A stretch of DNA of 39,268 nt from a virus (lineage: Duplodnaviria; Caudoviricetes). The translations under genes were made by a program, and so were the position numbers. The notes below the pieces were generated by a model. It had not been told where the DNA came from. It did no database searches and saw only the letters and a list, made by a program, of their open reading frames with translations. Numbering within the stretch: position 1 is the first letter of the stretch; each line of letters opens with the position of its first letter. The stretch lies in the IMG/VR virus record IMGVR_UViG_3300017747_003196, positions 1 through 39,268 of that record; one strand, 5' to 3'. Shown one piece after another: positions 27,230 through 34,360 of the stretch.

Positions 27230-28438
27230 TTAGATGTTGATGCTGCTGATGTCAACCTTCATGCCAACGCGCGGCTTGAAGGACTTGTTGTCAACCACGC
27301 CCCACAGACACGGCACGTCAGGAACGGTGTAGCTGCTCTCGATGTAGCCATCTGTGAGGTAGATCACTGCTACAGGCTTGTATTGCTTCTCTGCTACATA
27401 CTCGGCAACGCAGGACACGCGAGTGCCGCCGCCACCCTGCGGCTTCATCAGACCGGCGATCTTGTCGTAGTCGTCGGGGGTGAATACTTGCTCGCTGTTG
27501 ACGCCATCGTCCCACCATATGATGCGGACACGCTCCGGCCGCACGGTCTCGCAGATGAGGGCGATCTCGCCGAACACAGTGGGATATACGCCGCCCATTG
27601 AACCCGAGGTGTCGCATGCCACGATCAACTCGCCGATGGTCTCGCTGAAGTGTGAGGGCATGATGAAGCCCAGCGGCTGCAAGCGCTTGTTGGGCGGGCA
27701 GAAGCGGCTGTTGTCGTAACCCGAGCACATGGACTGGACGAAGTCACGCAGCGCCTCGCGCCAGTCGGTCTCGCGTTGCTGGATGGTGGCGTCGAGCGGG
27801 TTGCCGCCGTTGCCGGTGCCACGACCGCGCAGCTTGTCGGACAGAATCTTGCCCTGCCGTAGCGCCTCATCAACCTGCTTGCCGACACGCTGCATCTCGT
27901 CATCGCCAAGCTCGCTGCCATCGAGGTGCTCATCGAACGAACCGCCCGAGTTTCCATCGTCACCGTCATCATCTGGCTTGCCGTTCTTGATGAGGTCTTG
28001 CAGGACTTCGATGAAGCTCCAGCCCTTGTATTTGGGATCACGGCATATGCTGTCAAGCGGTAGCTGCACAAACTGCCAGTGTGGGTCACACTCCTCGATC
28101 ATCAGGTTGATGACGTGATCCTGCGCGATGTTGCTGAGCTTGGGATACTTCTTGACGATCTCCCGATACTCAACGCAGTGTCGCATGGCTTTGTGGCCGT
28201 TCTCGTGCAGCACCACGTAGCGCATCTGCTTCTGGTTGAGGTCGCCGCAGAACTTGCGGCCGTAAAACACGTCGCGGCCATTGGTTGCAGCGGTGGGGTA
28301 ACTGTCGCTGATACGGACGTCACCCATGCACACGATACCCGCGAACAACGCATACTCGGGGTGCCGCATGATGTCGGTGTGAACAACCTTGATGCGCGCG
28401 GACAAGTCCTGCGCTTGCCATACACGTTCAGGTAGCAT
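27230..28438 (-). CDS. Metallopeptidase-vWA protein (DUF2201-like)
   Basis: TAATNG and HENGH (HExxH), acidic linker, vWA MIDAS DTSGSM, GGGGT and LTDG. Confidence 0.85.
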   Translation of the reverse strand: MLPERVWQAQDLSARIKVVHTDIMRHPEYALFAGIVCMGDVRISDSYPTAATNGRDVFYGRKFCGDLNQKQMRYVVLHENGHKAMRHCVEYREIVKKYPKLSNIAQDHVINLMIEECDPHWQFVQLPLDSICRDPKYKGWSFIEVLQDLIKNGKPDDDGDDGNSGGSFDEHLDGSELGDDEMQRVGKQVDEALRQGKILSDKLRGRGTGNGGNPLDATIQQRETDWREALRDFVQSMCSGYDNSRFCPPNKRLQPLGFIMPSHFSETIGELIVACDTSGSMGGVYPTVFGEIALICETVRPERVRIIWWDDGVNSEQVFTPDDYDKIAGLMKPQGGGGTRVSCVAEYVAEKQYKPVAVIYLTDGYIESSYTVPDVPCLWGVVDNKSFKPRVGMKVDISSINI

Positions 28439-28465
28439 GATGGTTCTCCAGTTGTAGGTGTTGCG

Positions 28466-29593
28466 TTACTTCAGGTTGAGGAACAGCTTGTTGTCCGACA
28501 TCATGGAACGGAAGGCATCCACGGTGGCGAAGGTATTCAAGCGTGGGCTGTTGGATATCTGATTGACGAACAGCGACTGCATCTCCGCACGCATGCGCTT
28601 GATGTAGACCGTGACTGCTTGCGCATCCTCGCGGGACTTGGTGTTGACAATGAACTGCTGTATCTGCATGAGCTGCGCTGCAGGGTTGTCAATGATGGGA
28701 GTGTTGACGGGATCAGCAACGATGCGGTCATACAGCGGGATGTCACGATCAAGTGCAACCAACGCCATCAACGTGCGGGCACCCGCCTCACCTATCGCAC
28801 CGGCAAGCGCTGCCAACAACGTGTCGTGGTCAAGGTGGCCACATGTGTGCAACACGTCACTGGCTGCATGCAATGTGCGGGGGCTGACGTATCCGTCCTG
28901 CTTGATGCGGGGGTTGAACGGATACACGTTGCACTTGCTCATGTCCTTGCCAGCGTTGATGCCGCCCGGCTCGTAGTCCATGAACGACTCGAACACGATG
29001 GGGTTCTGGTCAACGAACACGATGACGGCGTGGTGCAGCCCGAACGGATACGCAAACTCGTTCTTCCACTCGTCCTTGGTGGGCTTGCGCATGATGACCT
29101 TGAGCATGCGGGTGCGCAGGTGTGCGAGCACCGAGTCGCCCAGACCCTCAACAGCTAGGTTGCTGGTGCCCCAGATGATGCTGCCCTCGGGGTAGTGCAG
29201 GGTGCCGGTGCGCCGCTCGAAGATGACGGGTGCGAGCACGTTCTTGATGAACTGCGGGGCTTTGAACAACTCATCAAGGCAGATGATGGACGGCCGGCTG
29301 CCGGCTAGACCACGATGGTTGGCCTTGCTGAGACAGAAGCGCTCGTTGGGAAGCTCGCGCGACACACCCGCCTCACGATCGATGTCCGGCATCCACACGC
29401 TACCGTCAGACAACTGCGTGCAGTCGATGGGGTCGAGCACGTTGTGCCCCAAGAACGCGGAGTCTTGGCGAAGCTCGTATTGGATGCTGGTCTTGCCAAC
29501 GCCGTTCTCGCCAAGGACGATCACGGTGCGCTTGTGACCCACGGACTTGATGAGGTCACGGACTTGCGAATGCGACAGAGTCGGAATCTGCAT
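28466..29593 (-). CDS. MoxR-like AAA+ ATPase
   Basis: GENGVGKT, ICLDE, GTSN and SPRT motifs. Adjacent to the vWA gene. Confidence 0.85.
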   Translation of the reverse strand: MQIPTLSHSQVRDLIKSVGHKRTVIVLGENGVGKTSIQYELRQDSAFLGHNVLDPIDCTQLSDGSVWMPDIDREAGVSRELPNERFCLSKANHRGLAGSRPSIICLDELFKAPQFIKNVLAPVIFERRTGTLHYPEGSIIWGTSNLAVEGLGDSVLAHLRTRMLKVIMRKPTKDEWKNEFAYPFGLHHAVIVFVDQNPIVFESFMDYEPGGINAGKDMSKCNVYPFNPRIKQDGYVSPRTLHAASDVLHTCGHLDHDTLLAALAGAIGEAGARTLMALVALDRDIPLYDRIVADPVNTPIIDNPAAQLMQIQQFIVNTKSREDAQAVTVYIKRMRAEMQSLFVNQISNSPRLNTFATVDAFRSMMSDNKLFLNLK

Positions 29594-29653
29594 GGTAATA
29601 CTCCTTCGTTGTAAGAGTGGGACTTGTGTCCCACTTTGTGTTGTTTGTTTGGG

Positions 29654-29682
29654 AGAATAATTAACTAGAAACTAGATGTCAA
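29654..29682 (-). promoter_or_regulatory. sigma70 promoter for the MoxR/vWA operon
   Basis: Minus strand TTGACA-17 bp-TATTCT. Confidence 0.7.
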
Positions 29683-29701
29683 GAACTTTACACCTCCTTC
29701 G

Positions 29702-30733
29702 TTAGTAATAATACGTTTTGGGGAGAGACTCGGGAAACTGCCCGAGGTCTACGGGGACATCACCTTTCCGGATGGGGCAGATGTTGTCGCGCAGGTAACG
29801 CTCGAAGGAACTGCGAACGGCATCGGGGGAGAGCATGGGCATGTGCTCGGGGATGGGGCTACCTGACCAGTGGAAATACTTGTGGGCATCCTGCCACGAC
29901 ACCTCGCGCTGCACCCACACGCCGAACGCATGCTTATAGACCGCCGCGAATATATCCTGCAGCACCTTGAACATGGGCTCGGACATGTCACCCAAGCGCT
30001 CATTGCTCCATTGCAGCAGATCACCAACTTTGTTGCGCGGGTAGTAGTCAATACCCTTGAACGCACGCCCATCGTCGCGATTGATCTTCGTCTCGGCATG
30101 CACCGAGGGTATGGAAAGCAGCAGGATGTCAATGTAGGGCTTCAGTTTGTCCATGAACTCGGTGCGCGTGGCGGTGGCGTCCTTGCTTGTGCGCTTGATG
30201 TATACGGGGCGATGGGCTGACCGCTCCAAGACCAACCCGTTGTCCTTGAACGTAAGGACAGCGCTCCAACTGGAAGGCACCGTGACGCCGTTGTCGGCCG
30301 TGAAGGCTGATGATACGTAAGTAGATAATGGTATCCGCACAGGACGTTTGGGTTGTCGCTTTTCTTGCTGGTCTGTTGTGTCCCATGCTTCGCGGACGCT
30401 GTGGCCGCTGAAGTTAGCCACACGCCACAGAAACTGTCTGGATGTCGTGGAGTTATGGTTGCGCAGCCACACTACGCTTGACCCATCGGCTTCGGGTTGG
30501 AAGTAGCGCACCATGGACGTGCCGTAGAGCATCAAGTCGTAGAACTCGGGGGAGCCTTGCAGCGTGGTTCTGCGTTCGATGCGGTAGTGCGTTGCGGATG
30601 TGGTGTGCAGCGGGCGCTGGTGTTCTTCCCAACGCTTGGAGCGTGGCGGCTTGCGCGTCTCGTTGAAGTAGCGCTGTGCCTGTGGGTAACCGCTGATGGT
30701 GGGAAGGTTGTGTATTGCTGTCTGAAATGACAT
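29702..30733 (-). CDS. Hypothetical early protein (343 aa)
   Basis: Long ORF with RBS GGAGAATCATC-ATG. No recognisable motif. Confidence 0.75.
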   Translation of the reverse strand: MSFQTAIHNLPTISGYPQAQRYFNETRKPPRSKRWEEHQRPLHTTSATHYRIERRTTLQGSPEFYDLMLYGTSMVRYFQPEADGSSVVWLRNHNSTTSRQFLWRVANFSGHSVREAWDTTDQQEKRQPKRPVRIPLSTYVSSAFTADNGVTVPSSWSAVLTFKDNGLVLERSAHRPVYIKRTSKDATATRTEFMDKLKPYIDILLLSIPSVHAETKINRDDGRAFKGIDYYPRNKVGDLLQWSNERLGDMSEPMFKVLQDIFAAVYKHAFGVWVQREVSWQDAHKYFHWSGSPIPEHMPMLSPDAVRSSFERYLRDNICPIRKGDVPVDLGQFPESLPKTYYY

Positions 30734-30812
30734 GATGATTCTCCGTAGTTAGTTTATACAAAGTGAAAGTGGGACGGTGTGTCCCGGTTTGGGGCTTGAC
30801 ACTAGTCGTAAC

Positions 30813-30998
30813 TCATTCTGGCTGCTCCGTTTTGGTTTCGTTGAGAATTACTCGGGCGCGGGTCATGGCGTTCTCGATCTCTGACATTGATGCCTCCATG
30901 TCCCACAGCGCCACGATGTTATCGAGGCACACCCACAGCGCATCGTGCTCGTCCACGATTTCATCGAACGCTTCTTCCCAGTTACGGGGTCGTTTCAT
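30813..30998 (-). CDS. Acidic 61-aa hypothetical protein
   Basis: RBS AAGGAG. Confidence 0.6.
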   Translation of the reverse strand: MKRPRNWEEAFDEIVDEHDALWVCLDNIVALWDMEASMSEIENAMTRARVILNETKTEQPE

Positions 30999-31013
30999 TC
31001 TGTCTCTCCTTGG

Positions 31014-31190
31014 TTAATTTACGGCGGTGTGGATTACTTCGCTGCCGTCAGCGCGCTCGGCCAGCACAACGGTTACTTCCCATGGGCGCTTCACGCGTAG
31101 CATGCGCGCAGCTTCGGCTTGCGCCTGTTGTGACGTTTCCGCCCTGACTTCGACTCGCTTCCTGTTATGGAAGCACACGTATCCGTTCAT
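31014..31190 (-). CDS. 58-aa phage protein (not in ORF track)
   Basis: Hand translation MNGYVCFHNRKRVEVRAETSQQAQAEAARML...VVLAERADG, RBS GGAGG. Resembles a recurring small phage family (MNGYxAFY..K..EV.A). Confidence 0.65.
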   Translation of the reverse strand: MNGYVCFHNRKRVEVRAETSQQAQAEAARMLRVKRPWEVTVVLAERADGSEVIHTAVN

Positions 31191-31191
31191 C

Positions 31192-31287
31192 TCATACCTC
31201 CAAAGAAAGAACTACGACAAAAAACAACCACGACAGCAGCACCGCGAGCAGTGCTGCACCTACGATTTGCAGCGTTTTAAACATCAT
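31192..31287 (-). CDS. 31-aa single-TM peptide (not in ORF track)
   Basis: MMFKTLQIVGAALLAVLLSWLFFVVVLSLEV. ATGA-coupled, with a G-rich RBS. Confidence 0.55.
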   Translation of the reverse strand: MMFKTLQIVGAALLAVLLSWLFFVVVLSLEV

Positions 31288-31475
31288 TCACCCCCTTTCC
31301 TTTGTTGATACTTCCCGTTTTCCTCGCCCAACAGATACTCATGACCGTAACTAATTGAGCAGTCCATAACCCAATCGGGGTCAACATCCCCAAGTTCCTC
31401 GGGCGTCCACACAATCACGGCATAACCCTCGTTCCACATCTCTTTCATTACATCCATCCATTCCTTTTTCATCAT
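31284..31475 (-). CDS. Acidic hypothetical protein
   Basis: RBS AAGGAG. GYAVIVWTPEEL motif. Confidence 0.65.
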   Translation of the reverse strand: MMKKEWMDVMKEMWNEGYAVIVWTPEELGDVDPDWVMDCSISYGHEYLLGEENGKYQQRKGGE

Positions 31476-31484
31476 TCTTCTCCT

Positions 31485-31697
31485 TTACAGGGTGTGGGAG
31501 CTGCGCAGGTGGGGTTCCTTCCAAGCGGGTATGGCCTCGCTCTTGCGCAGGATTTTGATGAAGCGATCGGGTGGGTTGATCATCCTGCCGGCGCAGTATG
31601 CGATGGGGCGGCGCATCGTGAGCGTGAGGATGGGTTGAAGGGTGGAAGGGGTGTTGCGGGTGCTAAGGTCGTGCTGGTAGGTATGCTTGATACGCAT
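31485..31697 (-). CDS. Hypothetical early protein
   Basis: RBS GGAGAATCATC-ATG. Confidence 0.6.
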   Translation of the reverse strand: MRIKHTYQHDLSTRNTPSTLQPILTLTMRRPIAYCAGRMINPPDRFIKILRKSEAIPAWKEPHLRSSHTL

Positions 31698-31797
31698 GAT
31701 GATTCTCCAAAGTAAGTTAGTGAAAGGTGTTGCTGTGCTGCGGGTGCTGCATCCAAAGTGGGACAGGGCGTCCTGCTTTTATAAACCATGCCCCACT

Positions 31798-32202
31798 TCA
31801 AATTCTGGTTGTGACTTTCATGTAGCTGCCGCGCTTGCGGCCGGTCAGCGCTGCGCTGATCTTGGCGCGCCGCTCCTGTTCCTTCTCCAACCCAGCGCCG
31901 TAGCGTTTCATTTCAGCTTGGCGCTTGCGCAGTTTGGACACGACGTTGTTGCGCCGCCGGGTTGCCCGCTCTTTGCGCAGCAGGTTGAGCTTGGTCTGGA
32001 GTGCTCGCGCATCCAGTTCGGTGATGTCGCCACGCCACAACGCACGTTGAATAGCACGGCCGGAGTTGTCGCGCAGAAGCGTGGCGGTGCGGCAGGAAAA
32101 GCATGCGCGTTCGACGATTAAACGCTGTTTGAAGGGGCGCAGGAAGGCTTTTCTGTCCAAGTTTTTACAACAAACAGGGCACATCCAAATTATTTTAGGC
32201 AT
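31798..32202 (-). CDS. Basic Zn-finger protein with NUMOD3-like C-terminal motif
   Basis: ATG at 32202 with RBS AAAGGA. CPVC..CFSC and RRAKISAALTGRKRG. Confidence 0.6.
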   Translation of the reverse strand: MPKIIWMCPVCCKNLDRKAFLRPFKQRLIVERACFSCRTATLLRDNSGRAIQRALWRGDITELDARALQTKLNLLRKERATRRRNNVVSKLRKRQAEMKRYGAGLEKEQERRAKISAALTGRKRGSYMKVTTRI

Positions 32203-32256
32203 GTTTACCGTTCCTTTGTGCTTGTTAATCAATGTGTTGCGTGGTCGTGTCATCAG

Positions 32257-32533
32257 TGTCCACCTACGTCCAAAATGAAACCCCCGATATTGGCGTAAAT
32301 GTTTCTGCGTTATCAACATGTTAGGTCGAGCGTGTCCGGATGTCCACCTATTTTTGACCTTTAAGCTTTCCGACTTGCTTTCGACGGAAAACGTCCACTT
32401 AAAACGTATATATATATTTAGAAAGCTAAAAGAGTATATATATGTGGACATCTGGACAGGTGGACAGAACGTCTTTGATTTGTTTCAGTAATTTGCGCCA
32501 ATATCGGGGGTTTGAAATTGGACGCACTGGACA
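32257..32533. repeat. Nested inverted-repeat element with GTCC(A) iterons and (TA)n core; putative replication origin
   Basis: Perfect 18-bp IR at 32278-32295/32496-32513 and 14/15 IR at 32333-32347/32444-32458. Five GTCC[A/G] on the left, five TGGAC on the right, AT-rich centre at about 32400-32443. Confidence 0.7.
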
Positions 32534-32576
32534 AATGTCTGGCATGTCAAATATTTGACATGTTCTCATTAACGTA

Positions 32577-32813
32577 TCAGTGAGAGATGAAGTAGGACAT
32601 TACGTCCCACTTTTGCTTGGCCGCGCCGGAGGTGAAGCGGCGCGCGGTGACCTTGAACCCGAAGTTGCGCGCCAGCGTGGCGGCTTGGTCGGGTGTGGTT
32701 GGGAAGCCAAGCGTGGTGAGCTTGACGCTGAGTCGGGCGCTGGTGGTGCGGCCACGCCCTTGTTTGATGCAGCCCTCGATGGTGTCGAGGGCAAACTCTT
32801 TCATCTTTCCCAT
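32577..32813 (-). CDS. Hypothetical early protein
   Basis: 78 aa with RBS AAGGAG. Confidence 0.6.
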   Translation of the reverse strand: MGKMKEFALDTIEGCIKQGRGRTTSARLSVKLTTLGFPTTPDQAATLARNFGFKVTARRFTSGAAKQKWDVMSYFISH

Positions 32814-32815
32814 GT

Positions 32816-33082
32816 TTATATCTCCTTGGCGATGTGCGCTAAGGTCTGATTTCCCAGCGCGTTGCAGATTGTTGGCGATTCCATGTCCTCAATGGAGGCT
32901 TTTACCTCCGTCCATGACGGGGCTTCCACCTCCGCCCATTCGAGGAAGGGCTTTAACTCCTCCCAACCTTTCTGGACGGTAATGGCGTCACACGTCAGCC
33001 ACCCATTAACTGTTTCATCCATGCGATCCCACGCTATTTCTGCGTGAACCGCGTTCAAAAACTTTTGAGTCTTTAAGTCCAT
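32816..33082 (-). CDS. Acidic hypothetical early protein
   Basis: ATG at 33082 with RBS GGAG, just downstream of a palindrome copy. Confidence 0.6.
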   Translation of the reverse strand: MDLKTQKFLNAVHAEIAWDRMDETVNGWLTCDAITVQKGWEELKPFLEWAEVEAPSWTEVKASIEDMESPTICNALGNQTLAHIAKEI

Positions 33083-33196
33083 GTCGTTCTCCATAACAAA
33101 GTGGGACAAAGTGTCCCGTTTACGATTGAACGCGCAAGGGGTTGGAACAGCGCCGACACCCTCGCGCGCCCTGTCTCTCACAAACAAACTGCCAAA

Positions 33197-33565
33197 TTAC
33201 TTGGCAGACTTCAGGAAGCGGCGCTGCTGAGCCGCTGACAACTTGCCAAACTTCCGCAACAGCAGGGCAACCGGATCGGCCTTGGCGCGCTTGGTGTTGC
33301 TCTTACCCTGATACGCCAGAGAGAGCAGCCTGTTCAGCGCACGCTTGGCTGCTGCGGCCGCCTTGCACCCCTTAGCCCAACGCACTGCGCCAGACTTGGT
33401 TGTGGTAGTGCGTGCACCGTAAGCTTTCGCCATTGCCGGCAGCATTGCTTCCTTCGCCTTGTCCCTGCTGCGGCACGCCTTGCGTAGTTGCGTGGCAGCC
33501 TTGTCCTGCGCGGCAGCGCCTTGTTTGAACGAGAGGGCGATACGAACGAGTTGTTTCAGTTGCAT
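33197..33565 (-). CDS. Highly basic Ala/Lys-rich early protein
   Basis: ATG at 33565 with RBS GGAGAATCATC. 122 aa. Confidence 0.7.
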   Translation of the reverse strand: MQLKQLVRIALSFKQGAAAQDKAATQLRKACRSRDKAKEAMLPAMAKAYGARTTTTKSGAVRWAKGCKAAAAAKRALNRLLSLAYQGKSNTKRAKADPVALLLRKFGKLSAAQQRRFLKSAK

Positions 33566-33674
33566 GATGATTCTCCTAAGTGTGTTAATACAAAATGAAA
33601 GCAGGACTACTGTCCCACTTTTGCTTTGGGCATGATGCCCTGCATGACCCCGCTGGCGCAGGGTCATGCAGCGA

Positions 33675-33848
33675 TCACGCAGTTTCTGGGACGCCAAGTG
33701 AAGTCAATTCGGCGTTGAGGGATACAACTTCGGCATCGCCCTCATGGAATCGCGCTATTGGCATGGCATCGAGCAGCGCGTAAAGCTCAGCGATGCGCTT
33801 GTTGCGCGCATCGCCACGCGCATGAAAATATTGGCCTTCGATCATCAT
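33675..33848 (-). CDS. 57-aa hypothetical protein (not in ORF track)
   Basis: Hand translation MMIEGQYFHARGDARNKRIAELY...GVPETA, RBS AAGGA. Confidence 0.55.
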   Translation of the reverse strand: MMIEGQYFHARGDARNKRIAELYALLDAMPIARFHEGDAEVVSLNAELTSLGVPETA

Positions 33849-33876
33849 GGTTGCTTATCCTTGTCGTGATGTTGGG

Positions 33877-33984
33877 TTATTTCTTGGCGAGCGCCGCAAG
33901 CAGGGCAGCAGCGAGAGCGTGGTTGCGCTCATACTGCGAGCGCAGCGTGTGAACAGCTGCTTGCTGCATTTGTTTCTGGGTCAT
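33877..33984 (-). CDS. 35-aa first early peptide
   Basis: MTQKQMQQAAVHTLRSQYERNHALAAALLAALAKK, RBS GGAGAATCAAC-ATG. Confidence 0.55.
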   Translation of the reverse strand: MTQKQMQQAAVHTLRSQYERNHALAAALLAALAKK

Positions 33985-34083
33985 GTTGATTCTCCAAAAG
34001 AAAGTGGGACACGAAGTCCCACAAGAAAGCCCCGCAAGCGGCGGGGCGGCGCAGTCGCTTGGAACCCCCAAACAACTACTTCT

Positions 34084-34094
34084 ATTATACCACA
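34084..34094 (-). promoter_or_regulatory. Extended -10 promoter driving the leftward early operon
   Basis: Minus strand TGTGG-TATAAT, a perfect TGnTATAAT. Confidence 0.65.
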
Positions 34095-34286
34095 GCGTGT
34101 TTTGGAAAACTGGAACCTTCTGTTAGCCCTCCAACAGACCCCACTGGGGGGCGGGGAGGCGTTTTGGCCGGGCAGCTTGGCAGCGACGCGATAACACTGT
34201 TTGTCTCCAATATTTATAAATACCACCCCTAGATGTAAAATATTAGACACAAAAAATTTTTTGTAAAATTTTTGACAAAGCATGTC

Positions 34287-34319
34287 AAAAAAATCCCCAG
34301 AGAGGAGGTTCCGGGGATT
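34287..34319 (-). terminator. Intrinsic terminator of the putative sRNA
   Basis: AAUCCCCGGA-ACCUCCUC-UCUGGGGAUU-UUUUU. The single non-Watson-Crick pair is G-U only on the minus strand. Confidence 0.7.
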
Positions 34320-34357
34320 AAAGGTGCCTAAGTAAACGGCACTACAACGAAGGAGCT
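34287..34357 (-). ncRNA. Putative ~70-nt trans-acting anti-RBS small RNA
   Basis: Promoter TTTACG-17-TATACT, 5' seed CUCCUUCGUUGUA, hairpin GUGCC/GGCAC, then a 10-bp terminator stem and U tract. Complementary to several phage RBSs. Confidence 0.65.
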
Positions 34358-34360
34358 TGC

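Larger units (their letters stand above)
29616..34023. repeat. Seven dispersed copies of the palindrome AAAGTGGGAC-N4/5-GTCCCACTTT
   Basis: Copies at about 29616-29635, 30766-30790, 31755-31779, 32590-32613, 33098-33121, 33598-33621 and 34001-34023. Six are intergenic, just upstream of minus-strand starts. Confidence 0.85.

Noticed and set aside
30796-30801. Plus-strand TTGACA as an antisense promoter
   Set aside because: No acceptable -10 at 16-18 bp.
32203-32451. N-terminal extension of the 217-aa ORF
   Set aside because: It runs through the inverted-repeat/AT element without an RBS. The start at 32202 has a good RBS.
29616-34023. Dispersed palindromes as a CRISPR array or integron attC sites
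   Set aside because: Spacing is irregular (about 400-1150 bp) with whole genes in between. No cas or integron integrase genes, and no GTTRRRY core.
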